This document shows, piece by piece, positions 49,401 to 64,000 of a stretch of 64,000 nucleotides of DNA. Origin of the DNA: the human T2T-CHM13v2.0 reference genome, Homo sapiens; assembly GCF_009914755.1 (NCBI RefSeq), contig NC_060925.1; one strand, 5' to 3'. The position numbers were made by a program, and so were the translations under genes. A model generated the notes under the pieces. That model was not told the DNA's origin. It saw nothing but the letters and a program-made list of their open reading frames with translations, and ran no database searches. Every line of letters starts with the position of its first letter. Position 1 is the stretch's first letter.

Positions 49401-51323
49401 TCCATTTCTACCACAAATACAGCATATTATCAGATTTTAATTTTTAAAGAAATTTCCCTAAAATTTGAAGATCTATCTTGGGAGGATGGCTATAATTTAT
49501 CCTGAGACTTACCTGAGCCTTTCTCCCATTACCATCCTTGCAACACCAATCCCAGTTTGAGACACATGACCTGAAAGTGTACCCAGTGTTTTGGTCAAGC
49601 CAGTGTGTTTGGGACGTTGTGTGAGAACCTTTACTCACACTTTTTCCTCCATTGGAAGGCCATGGTGTATGGTATGGTAGAGTGAAAAAAGGTACTGGGG
49701 GGTTCAGAGACCTGGCTTCTCTGTCACTAATTAGCTTAGTAACTTTAGGACAAGTTACTTCACCATGGATTTTTTTTTTAATTGCATTTGTAAAATAAGG
49801 GATTTCAAACTTTTAAAAGCCTTTGGTGTTCTTTTTTAAAGGCAAAAGTGGAGCTGTTCTGATTAAAATTGGATATTGGAGCAAGAAAAGCATTTTCCTC
49901 CTCCTTTCCACAGTAGCTTTTGAGGCACTTTCACAGGGTCCTTAGGACTTCTGCTGGTCATGACTTGAAAACTTTTGTCCTTATTTATCTTAAGGGACCT
50001 GTCTGTCCATTTCTTTATCTCCACAAATAGCCATCTGTCAAATCTGAGCTCCTGTCATACTTTCTCTGAAATTAGCACTTAATTTGTGTTCAGTTACCCA
50101 ATTCAGCACTTCATTATACACAGTCCTATTTTCTTCTCTAATTGATTATGTAAGTAAATCTTGTCCTAAGAGCCTTGAGTGCAGGAACATACTGGTAGGG
50201 ACAGAGTAGGCCTAGACATTTAACAAATAATGAATGCTTGGTTGATGGACTTAGTGGTTCTCAATCTTTGTCACCATGGGGTGACCCATGGAACTTTTTC
50301 AACATAAGAAGGCCCAACTTCTAATACAGTAGAGGTCTGAAAATCCATACTTTAAAAAAGCTCTACAGGTGATTTGATAACATTAAATGATTACTTGTTG
50401 CACTTCAAGATTATTTATTGCTTAGCATACCTTGAATAATGGTTTTCAGTTAATGCACCAGAAAGGCCCTATACTGGAAAGACAGACTGAGAATTAGGAG
50501 ACTTGGATCCTTATTCTGCTTTTAGCATTAACGATAATAGCTTTCTGATCCTGAATAAATCACTAAATTTTTCCAACCCATAGGATTCTTATTGATAAAA
50601 TTATGGGCTGAGCTAGGTGAATAGTTTTCATACTTTTTTTTTCCTTTTTAAACTGGAATTATTCAGAAACATCTTTTGGGTGAAGACCAGTAAATATAAC
50701 ATATATTTTTATCAGTTCGGCTTTCATCTGGGTACCTGAATATTTATTAAAAATATAGAACATGGTAAGCTTGGTCCTGTCCTAGTAGGAGAGCTAAATT
50801 GTATGCAGTAGGTAGTACTGAAGATGGGATTTAGACTTTAAACTTGAAACATCCTATTAGAATGCGAATGAACAAAGGTAGTAAGCTTATCAATAATTGT
50901 GGTACTCAGTGTGAATAAAAACTAGATTATGATGAACCAATATGGCCAGTCTTTCTGCATTCATTTAATTCAACAAATATTTATAGAGCTTCTGCTCCTT
51001 GTAATGTACTGAGCACTGGTGGTAGAGTAATGAATAAGATAACATCTCTGCCCTCTCAAAATGTATATTGGTCAGTTGGGGAAATCATATGTTAAATAAT
51101 ACTGGTTGTAGTTTAATGAGTAGAATACGAGAGATTTGAAGTACCCCAGGAGCATAAGGTGGGGACTGCTAATCTGGACAAGAGGATTTGGGAAGGGGCT
51201 CTCTGAGGATATCATGTTTACAATGAGATGTGAAAGATGAATAGGAATTAATCAGTTCAAGAACTGGGAGTGAGAAGTGGAATTGAAAATGTTCTGAGCA
51301 AAGGGAACACTATGCAGACATCT

Positions 51324-51629
51324 CAGACATCCCTCATTATACACAGGGGCATACCACAAGGGGATTGGTTCCAGGATTCCCTACTCGTGTGCCCTCCTCC
51401 CCCAACACACACACACCAATATCAAAATCTGCACATGCCTCAGTCCTGCAGCAGGCCCTGTGGAACCCGAGTATGTGAAAAGTGTGCCTGGCCCCTGGGC
51501 CTCAGAGCCCCTGTGACTATGAGCTGTTTGCATCCCGTGAATTCTGTATTTTTAATTTGCATGTGATTGAAAAAACCTGATTTAAGTGGACCCACACAGT
51601 TCATACCCATTTTGTTCGAGGGTCAGCTG
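51324..51629. mobile_element. MER8-like (TcMar-Tigger) element
   Basis: GGGGATTGGTTCCAGGA, GGCCCTGTGGAACCC, GTGGACCCACACAGTTCA...GAGGGTCAGCTG. Confidence 0.75.
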
Positions 51630-51631
51630 TA

Positions 51632-53059
<1,428 letters not shown>

Positions 53060-53848
53060 CACATACAATTCTTGAAACTAATGAAAACACAGCACTTTCA
53101 AGGAACAAAAGTTCAGCATAGCTGGTTCAGGAAGCATGAGATTTAGCTGAAGAGCCAAAGATGATTTTCATGTTATGAGGCTATTTGCATGATCTTTGTA
53201 CTTTTTAGTGACAAGTCCACAGTTGGAAATTGTGGACGAGATTCCATACTTTTCAATAAATACATTGATTCCTAGTAACAACAGCAATAACATTTATCAA
53301 GTCTTCGTGCCAGTTGTTGTACTAAATGCTTTACATGCATTTATGTTAATTACAGTGACCCCCATGGGGTGTGTATTGTTATCCTATCTTTCAGGTTAGG
53401 AAACCGAGGCTTAAAGAGGCTAAGTGGCACACCTAGGTCTCTGTTTTGATTATAGCAGTAAGCAGTTAAGATCATTATCAGGCTCTTACCCGTTAATTTC
53501 TGCTTCAGGCCAGTGGAATGATGAAGCATATATCAAATGGAATTGGGGGATTGCAGAATTTCCACTGTTAAGATCTATAGATTTAACAGCTGTTATTCTG
53601 AGTTTAACCTCAGTGTTTGTACAGTTCCCAGGTCCAGATTGTGTGCTCTAGAATCAATTGTGCATTCTTATCTCTGTATTGCATTTTGGAGACACAGACA
53701 ATTGATTATCAGATCTAATGTTAACTTAGCTTTCAGGATTTCTAGATGCTGACTATAAATGTTTTTGAAGTTGGTTGTATGCAAACTGCTGATCCTGGTA
53801 ACCCATACATTCTCAACATTTTGGGTTTTTGTTAAGAATTGTATTTTA

Positions 53849-54140
53849 GGGTAGGTTTGGTGGCTTATGCTTGTCATCCCAGCACTTTGGGAGGCTGAGG
53901 TGGGAGGATTGCTTGAGACCATGAGTTTGAAACTGGCCTGGGCAACATAGCGAGACCTTCTCTCTGCAAAAAAATTTAAAATAATAGCCAAGCATGTTGG
54001 TACTTGCCTATAGTCCTAACTATTCTGGATGCCGAAGCAGGAGGACCTCTTGAGCCCAGCAGTTCCAGGCTGTGATGGACTGTGATTGTGCCACTGTTCT
54101 CCAGCCAGGATGACAGAGCAATACCATGTCTGTTAAAACA
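53849..54140 (+). mobile_element. AluJ
   Basis: Diverged dimer. Confidence 0.85.
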
Positions 54141-55509
54141 AATATATATGAAACTGAAGCTAATTACACATGTTAACCTTGGGATAATTTTCATCTGGAG
54201 CAGCATTTATATTTTTTTGTGACCCAGTTGGTGAAATAGAAAATTAGGATTTACCCTGTTTACATGTTATTTTGATAAAAACATAATTTAAACTATTTCA
54301 GTGTTGTCAAATGAGTTGTGACTTAAAATTAATATGCAAGCAAATTATGCAAAAAGGTGGATTTGTTTACCACTTTTTACCAACCACTTCCTTTCTCCCA
54401 TACCAAGCTGTTACTAAACTAGGGCTGTAGCTTTCAGTTGAGGAAACATGACGGTTGATTATTGTTTCTAATAATAGCTATTATTAGAAGTCAGCTATTT
54501 CATGGCATTGGTTTCCAGTCATTCACACCTCATTTAATCATGCCCTGCATCACCTTGTTGAGTTGTTAATGCTGTTTATTTCTCAATTTTTCTTTTACAC
54601 TACATTGCTAAGTCCCCCCATCTTCCTCTTCATAGTGCTTTCCCTACCCTCTGAGTACTTGCTTCTTCATGCTCTGGCCAAGGAGAGTGGTGTTTTGGCA
54701 GACTGTTTTATACATGTACACTTATATGCCAATCATCATTAGTTAGAAAGGAATTGGTGAAAATGCTCTTATGTTATGAGAGACATGTTCAACATCACAA
54801 TAGTCTGAGAAGATGAATTAACAATTTATGAGTGTTGCTGGAAAGTATGATTTCAGGCGATTAGACTATAGGGGCAAAGCCATTGCCGGCTTATGCTGTT
54901 GGAATCACATCTTAGTAGTTACATAATGCCATCAGGACCAGTACGAGACTGGTTTGGTGATTGAGCCCATTTCCTGGGATTTGTTCCTATGTATTGCAGA
55001 CAGATGTCCACGCTTAGGTGTGCATGCTCCTGTCATGCATGTACACATAATTTTTAAAAAAGGAGTCATAGTGCATATTCTATTATATACTTGCTGTTTT
55101 TCCCCCATTGCTCTCTATTCTTTAGTTCACTCATTTAAATAAGACAAACATTTTAATGAAATCATATTCTTTGCAGTAACTTGGATGGAGCCAGAAGCCA
55201 TAATCCTAAGTGAATTAATGCAGGAACAGAAAACCAAAGACTGGTTTGGTCTGTTCTGCTGAGACCTAGTGGAGGAGGCTAGTCCAAAATAGTAGTCTCC
55301 CATAAACTTTCTTTAACAGAATATACACACTTAAAAATTTTGTACATGTCGTCAGGTTGCTTTTAGTACCACTCTATATTTTTTATCTACAGTATTTAAT
55401 AGTGTCAGTTTCTCCTGCACTGTTAACTATTAGTCTTTTAAATTTTTCCTAGGTTGATGAAAAACACTTCATTGCTTTAATTTTAATGTTTTTACTCTAA
55501 TTTGGACAT

Positions 55510-55799
55510 CTTTTTTTTTTTAGACAGACGATTGCTCTGTCTCCCAGGCTGGAGTGCAGTGGTGTGATCTCGGCTCCCTGCAGCCTCCACCTCCCAGGTT
55601 CAAGCAATTCTCTGCCTCAGCCTCCTGAGGAGCTGGGATTACAGGCGCCTGCCACCATGCCCGGCCAATTTTTGTATTTTTAGTAGAGATGGAGTTTCAC
55701 CATCTTGGCCAGGCAGGTGTTGAACTCCTGACCTCATGATCCACCCGCCTTGGCCTCCCAAAGTGCTGGGATTACAGACATGAGCCACCGCGCCCGGCC
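55510..55799 (-). mobile_element. AluS
   Basis: TSD GACATCTT. Confidence 0.9.
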
Positions 55800-57101
55800 G
55801 ACATCTTATTATTAAATTTTTATTAAATTAAATCTTACTAAATTTTATTAAATATAAAATCTTTTATCATTAGTTTTCAAATGTACAACAATGATTTATT
55901 TTTCCTGTTTTGGCCGTTTCAGAATACTTGTAGTTTTCCTGAAAATTTATGACTTCTTAAATATTCTCTTTCCACGTGTGCCTGCCCCACCTCCTTCCCC
56001 GCAGCTAATTCCTATACCTCTTTGGAGAAGTAGCTTAGGGATGCAGGTGGAGCTTGGATCAGTCTACCTGTTAGTCACATGCTTTACTTGCATCCCACTA
56101 TTAGCTGTTCATTTATAGAAAGGGGATGGTTGCAGAGTCTGGGCAGGGATGGGTCAGCTGTGGCACTGTGGTCCTGGAGAGTCATACCCTACTCTTGGAC
56201 AAAAATGTTTCTCTTAGCAGAGAACTGGAGTGAGCATATTTTTTTTACTCTGCTTTCTCTAAAGGCAATTTTAATTTTTAAGTCAAATATATGGGAGGTA
56301 GGGATAAAGGAGAAATGGAAAGATAATAGAGTTTTAGCAGTCTAGGGGTCTATTTCCTACACAAGGGCTTGGAAATGATAAGACTAATCCTGAAATATTT
56401 TCAGTGCTGGATTTCACCTAACCTCCTAGCAAGCTTGGAGTTCTCTGGGACTTGGGGAGCAAGAAATTTAAGGAAGCTGACAATAAGGAGGAAGGTATCT
56501 AACTTCTGAGTAGAGATGGCTTGATGGTGATGATACTTGTGAACTAGGGTTAACATACAGCAGTGACAGCATTGTAAAGTCTGTCAGTGGTGAGAAAAGA
56601 TGACAGTGACCTTGAAGGAGAGAGGCTATCTAACGAGAACATACTTATGCGTGTTGGGGAGTGTAAACGCCTACCTAGACTTTCTGCTGGGTTATTTAGA
56701 ATGTTGAGAAGTTAATAGATTCATATTGTTGCATGCATAAGTTTTTGTCCTACTATTTGGGATGGATGAGGAAAGAGCTCAGAAAAGAAACAGGTTACAG
56801 TAACAGCCCTGTTGGTCTTGTTTGTTGTTTTTCCGGTACCCTTTGGCCATTTTTATCAAGTAATTTTTGTATTTTCTTTTTCATCTGCCGGTATGTTATT
56901 TTTACCATTTTGAGTGATGTCTGTGGAATAAGAAATGTTTGTAAATATTTTGTGACTTACATGGTAAGCTTGACTAGGTTTACACAAAGTCATTTTGTAC
57001 TACCATTTGTCTGATTTCTACAAATACATTATTTGGGGGTATTCTTTAATTTTTCTTTCCCCTTTTGTCCTTAATTCCTCTTCCCCTGTTCCTCCAGTTA
57101 A

Positions 57102-57472
<371 letters not shown>

Positions 57473-59094
57473 CATATATTCTTAATTTCTTGAGTAAGCC
57501 CTTGATTTCTCATGTGACCTTTTTTCTGATCCCTTAAATTAAAAAATTTTTTTGAGATGCATTAATGTAAATTTTATCCATTTATTTATTTGTTTCATTT
57601 TGTCTCTCAAGTTGGTTTATAGAGATTTATCAACTGTATGGCAAGAAATGCAAAATAAAAATATAAAAGACCTAATATAAAAATCTAATATTTATTTCCG
57701 GTGGGGCCCAAATACTCTGTAAACTTCTTAGTAGATGATGCAAACAAGGAAAACTTGGTCAATTTATGCCCATAAAATTTGAAAACAAACAAACTTTTAA
57801 GAAAAGCACAACAATTCCTGGTACTAAGATCAGAAGGAAACTTCTCTTCAGAGGCCTTATAAACAGGACCCTATGTAATGTAATAAACAGTGCCCTCAAC
57901 AGTCTTCCTACTGTGGACACACCAACAAATTTCAGAATGCCCCTGTATAGGCCAAATGCATCATACCAGAGCACCTTCATTAAGGCAGTTAATTGGTGGG
58001 AGATGAGGATATTGAGTGAGGACTATTCAAAATGGTCTGACTTAAAAAGGGAAAAGATTTTGGAATAATTAGAAGAATGGAGATACTGCATATTCTTTAG
58101 GCAATCTTCCATAAATACCTGTTTTGTTCACAGTTAGTACAAGGTTACTGGCATAGGGTAGGTTATCAAGAAATGTTTTCAGAGTAAATACTGGGTTGCA
58201 TTGGGTTTGAAATTACATTTGTTGGTGCACATCATTGAAGGTAGAGTGATAAGATTTTCATGTTGTTCAGGGAGACTAGTTGGCTACTCAGATGGGTGGC
58301 TAGAGTGTACTTTGCCCTAAACAGTGCAGGGCACATCCTGAAAAGTTTTGTTCTCTAGGCTCCCCTTTCCTATTCTGAATCCAGGCACACACTCTAAAAA
58401 TCTTTAACCTTTAATCTTTTCTCCACCATTCTTTTTTGTGTATGGTGTAAGGTGTAACCCTGACAAACTTTTTTTCCCCCCCAAATGGACAGCCAACTGT
58501 CCTAACACTACCTATCCCTTCTACCAAAAATGTCAGTTTCAGTCATTCAGTCATTTAACCTAGTGTTCTTTTTCTGACATACGTAGTGTTCTTTTTGTGA
58601 CATACCATTTGTCAACTGACAGAAAAAGAACACTAGATTAAATAGTCTACTTTAAAAGTATTTTTAAATAAGGAGATATAGTTTAAATTTCGAATATCTG
58701 TGAATCTTCACTCCCCATATCTTTTTTGCCATGCTATCAAGACATAGTTAACTCCTAGTTATAATAAATACAGTGCTTATCTGGTATAGATGCCACTGCT
58801 TTACAAGAGTAAAAGAACATATGTAAAAGTGCTGTCCATGGTCAGCAGTTCAAGGGGTAATTTTAATTCGTACCACAGGTATACATACACATTGTAAACT
58901 GCTTTAGTGGCTTAATGGTTGTATTTTGACATTGTAGTCAAATTTGATACTCCCACCCCAACCCTCACTTTTATGCTCATTCTAGCAAGTGCTGGGAATG
59001 CTAAAAGCAGAATACATAGCCCCTTGAAGAACAATATACTTAAAAAGTGATCACCTTAATACAGACATGAAAGTTTCCTCTCAGCATTAAGCTA

Positions 59095-59640
59095 GAGTTT
59101 AGGTGCTTGGAATGATTGAAATTGATTTTTTAGGTAGAAGGGCCAGATGGTGTTGGGACAGTTGGCCGGCCATCCATTTGAAAAACACAAAAAATGTATA
59201 TCGTCAGGGTTATACTTTACACCGTACACAAAAAAGAATGGTGGAGAGATTAAAGATTAGACTGTTCAAAGAAAAACTCAGAAAAATACTAAGACAAAAA
59301 TACAAATAATTTTTATTTAGTTTTGGGGATGGAAAGGCTTTTTTTTTTTTCTTTAAGCTATGAATAGGACTTTATGGAAAGGCTTTTTTTGACATGACAC
59401 ACAACTCAAATGCCATAAAAGGAAAAGATGGATAGATTTAACTATATAAAATATTTATGGTTCTGCCTTCTGAAAGACTCTACAAATAAAATTAACATAA
59501 TATATGGTAGAAAAGTATTAGCCTGTATGGAACATAGAGGGATAATTTTTCTTACTATATCAAGTTCTCTTAGACATTAGTAGTACATAACAAATACCCC
59601 AGTAGTCGAAGTGTATGAATAGTCAATTCATGTAGAATAA
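59095..59640 (+). mobile_element. Old L1M ORF2 3' fragment
   Basis: Decayed peptide RWCWDSWPAIHLK...YTLH. Confidence 0.6.
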
Positions 59641-60252
59641 GGGCTGTGAAGATATGAACCCTGACTAGAAGCCTCTGCTGTAAAGACAGAACCTTCTTTA
59701 AGTCCGATATAAAACAAAAGGATGAAGAATTACAAAATGTATGCTTTGGTAGGGCAGTGAAGAAATTAAAATATTAGAAAAAAGAGTAAGAGTTGAATAC
59801 TGGCCATTGTTTTAGAGGTAATTGAGGAAGCGTATTTTATATACTCGTGGGTAATTTTACTACTTTAAAGGTGGAAAAAATATTTAAAATAATGAAATAA
59901 ATAGAGAAGGGATTCCTGCTGTTCCTGATTTAACACACAGGACAACAGATAAATGATTATGAGCTTATACTTAGCCTAAGTTTGTGTGGAAACTGTTAGT
60001 TTCTTCCAAGATAAGTGTTTCCTAGATAACTGAAAATCTACTATTGTTTTAATTCACTTTTTCTTGTGCTTCTGCATAAACATATTTAATATATGCCTTT
60101 GGTGTCCCAATGAAGTTCACCTTTTACAGTTGGTTTGAAGCCCTTCCCTAGAGGTTTGCCAACGTTATTTCTATGTGGAAATCCATTCAGAACCCAGCTT
60201 CTGAAACCTTTGCTTTGGGGACACCTTGTTCTGTAATGAAATTATCTGAAAA

Positions 60253-60574
<322 letters not shown>

Positions 60575-61044
60575 TCACCCAGGAGATAACTCTCCTCTCC
60601 TATTTTACACATCTCCCTTTGATTTGCCAGTGTAAAGCAATAACCTTAGCAGAATGATGTCTTCTGTCATAATCTATTTGTCTTCATAAGGGCATGACTC
60701 AAAGAGGTCTGTAGAATCTGTTTTTTAGTGCCGGGTGAAATAACTAAATATTTCGTTTTAAAAGGAAGGAATTAATCAGGAACCTTTTATGATTCTAGCT
60801 ACTACTGGGCTGTAAACAGTGATGCCAGCAAAATGTTACTTCAGCTGATGAAGTGATGCTGTTTCGAGAATTTGAAAGCAATTTTTCAGTGGATAAAGAA
60901 GTTGACAGCACGATTTGTTGGATGTGATGAAGGATTAATCAGCATACACCTTCACTTGTATTAGCTTAAGATGGAATGGTTCTGGGCAATATAAAATAAC
61001 AGGTTTTCCAGTTTATTTTTATTACTGTACTTGCTTGTTTATAA

Positions 61045-61290
61045 TATTAGGCATATTAATTAACACCTATGAAGCCCATTTGGTATGCTAAGCACTGTTC
61101 TAATGTTTTACATGAATTGTCTCGTTTAATCTTCATGTCAACACTTATGTAGGCATCATTGTTATGTGTTTTATAGGTGTAGAAAACTGAGGTACAACGA
61201 AGTTAGGTAATTTCAAAAAGTTAACATAACTGGAAAGTGGTGGTGTTAAAAATAATTTAAGGGTTTTGATTCCAGTTTTCATGCTAACTT
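61045..61290 (-). mobile_element. MIR
   Basis: TCTCGTTTAATCTTCA...GAAAACTGAGG. Confidence 0.65.
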
Positions 61291-62855
61291 TAGTTGACTA
61301 AAGGAAGGATACATTGTCTAATTTAATCACAAACGCAGCTATGTGAGGAAGGATTTTTAGAGTTCTCAGAGCCTAAGTTTTCTTAAGTGCCTAAAAAAAT
61401 GCCTTGGTTAAGGAAGATATTTATGGTAGAAATGCTTTGTTATTGCCAATTGCTTTTATCAGGATTTTGGACCTAAGTTACCTGTTAGGTGCTAAAATAT
61501 TTTTAAAGATGATGAAGCATCCAAGTGCTGCTTGTTCATTTACACTTTTATTAAGTAATTGTGAACATTAATTATGGTTTAACTAAGAAGCACCAATATT
61601 AATACTTTTGGTTTTCAGAGTTTCAAGGCCGCAATTTTGAGTTGTTCGGCCTGTTTAGTGACAGTCAAAAAATAAATGCCATGCACGAGAATTTCAGCAC
61701 TATGAGCAGTGATAGAAGAGAACCAAGAAGAAGTGTATACCTTTGGAAAATGTGTTTCCTGTTATAGACACATAGAAGGACCTGTTGCCCTTGATGATTC
61801 TGCAAAGCTATAAAAGCTGGTACTTGAAAAACATGGTGTAAGAAACCCAAATCACAGAAAGACTCTAAGACCAGCTTTCTTACCATGGTGACGCATTGAA
61901 GCACTAAGTGTTTGAGCACATCTCACAGGATGATCTAGCTATAGAATTGACAAGATTTTGCCCTAAGATAGTTGAGAGAAGCAAATGTATGCTTTCTTCC
62001 ATGGCATAATTTTACCTATTTACCTTTTATGTGAAATTAGCCCGAATCAGGAGTCACAGCTTAACCTGTTTATATGGGTGAAACTTTCCATATTGTGAGA
62101 TGTTGTTTTTACTAGCAAAGTAACAAGAAATGAAGAACCTTCCAGAGTTTGTAACTTACTGCCTTGCTATGAAAATGATACTTCAGATACAGTGATGTGT
62201 TTATAATGTCTCCTTTTGCGTAGGATAAATGCTGTATCTGTATATGTATGGGCAAAATTCAGAAAACTATTAATCATACACAATGTATACAGACATACGT
62301 ATATTCTCATTCTCCCTCTCTCCCTCCCCCTCCTTCCACCTGCCTCTCTCCCCCGCTTTCTTTCTTATTTCCTTTGTTTCCCAAAATGAATTCTACCTTT
62401 ATTAACTCAGTTGAATTTTCAGCAAGTGTCTACTAATTGAGACAGAATCTACTGTTCTTCAGTGCCGCTACTTAACTATATGCTCATCTCTTTCTACTCA
62501 TATCTCTGTTTTATATTTTTACTTGGGACGTTATTGCATGGTAATTAAGAATACTGGCCTAGGAATCTGACCGGTTAATGTTTCAATAACTGACCAGTAG
62601 CTTGATTCCTTCAACAAATATTTCAGTGCTTATTGTATTAGGCATTGTTTTAGGCACTTAAGAAAATCTAGGCTCTGAGAAGTTAACTGTAAAAGCCCTT
62701 CCTCATGTAGCTGTGTTTAGGATTAAGTGAGATAATGTATATAATTGCTGAGCACGTTGGAATCTGTCGATTTATGTAAACTATTTCTTATTATCTTCAA
62801 ACCTTTTAATGACTTGGAACTCTCAAAGTGAAAAAGTAAGTATGAACAGGTATAA

Positions 62856-63167
<312 letters not shown>

Positions 63168-63599
63168 TAAACTGTTTTCTTGAATTAAGTTTCAGGATTG
63201 ACAGCCTTCATTATAACATGTCCCATGTAATTAGCATCATGACCACTATCACAAACATACTGATAAATATAGTACAGGACCCAGATTTCAGCACCTGTTA
63301 CATAGAGCCATTTGTTTTTTTCCCCTCTTATCCGTAGCTGCCCTCCACAAATATGGATAATGGACCGAGAGTAGACTGTGCTGTGTCTGCCCATACTCTG
63401 AATCATATTGCCAATCTCCTACTCATCCTGCCTCTTGAGAATCCTGAGCACAGGACACCTGAGATAGCAAAAGGTCCTTCCTGTAGTAAAAGGCTTACAG
63501 AGTCAAATGGCTGGAGCGGTGTGAGAATATGGACTCAGGAACTTTGGAATTGGGAGTACATTTTAGATTAGAAGATAGCATGTAAAGGAAGAAGGAGAG

Positions 63600-64000
63600 A
63601 ATTTTTGTGGGTCAGGCATCTGGGCATGGCTCAGGTGGGTCCTCACAAGGTTGCAATTAAGATATTGGTCAGAGCTACAGCCTCATCTGAAGGTTCAACT
63701 GGGGAAGCATATGCTGCCAAGCTCACTCACACAGTTGTTGACTGGACTCAGTTCCTTACTGGTGGTCGAACCGAGGACCCTGGTTTCTTCCTGGCAGTTG
63801 GCCAGAGGCTGTTCTCCATTCCTTGCCATGTGGACTTCTCTGGCTTGCTTCAGAGCAAGCACATGAGAAGAGCCAGATAGTGTTCCAGCTGGAAAGGAGT
63901 ATTAGCAAGACAGAGTCACAGCTTTTGTAACCTAATTGCAGAAGTGACATCTCATCCCTTTTTCAGTATTCTGTTTATTAGAAGCAAGTCACTTGGTCCA
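63600..64000 (-). mobile_element. MLT1F-like MaLR LTR (runs off window)
   Basis: GTGGGTCAGG..CTGGGCATGGC, CTCATCTGAAGG, CCAAGCTCACTCAC, TTAGAAGCAAGTCAC. Confidence 0.7.

Noticed and set aside
57759-58068. Overlapping 100 aa and 73 aa ORFs in intron 1
   Set aside because: No recognisable domain, splice context or promoter; within chance expectation.

Overview
Human (primate) genomic DNA, rich in Alu, L1/L2, MIR, MaLR LTRs and DNA-transposon fossils. The one clear gene is POU2F1 (Oct-1; chr1q24 from prior knowledge). Its CpG-island promoter spans ~39.2-41.7 kb. Coding exon 1 (ATG 40296 to donor at 40356/7, MADGGAASQDESSAAAAAAA) is followed by >23 kb of intron 1 on the + strand. The first ~39 kb is upstream sequence with at least one textbook minus-strand exon (10100-10198), consistent with a spliced lncRNA (LINC01363 is recalled in this interval, not verified). 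Almost all ORFs in the supplied track are Alu-, repeat- or GC-artefacts. The most interesting signals are: (i) POU/octamer-type sites around the Oct-1 gene itself, including an identical 17-mer twice inside the GC-rich island and three perfect octamers in 400 bp at ~14.2-14.6 kb, suggesting autoregulation; (ii) candidate poison or early-termination exons in intron 1; (iii) a rare SVA2 retroposon, a young TSD-less AluYa, a near-complete HSMAR2 and a multi-level nested transposon stack. Repeat family names come from recalled consensus sequences, and repeat boundaries are approximate.
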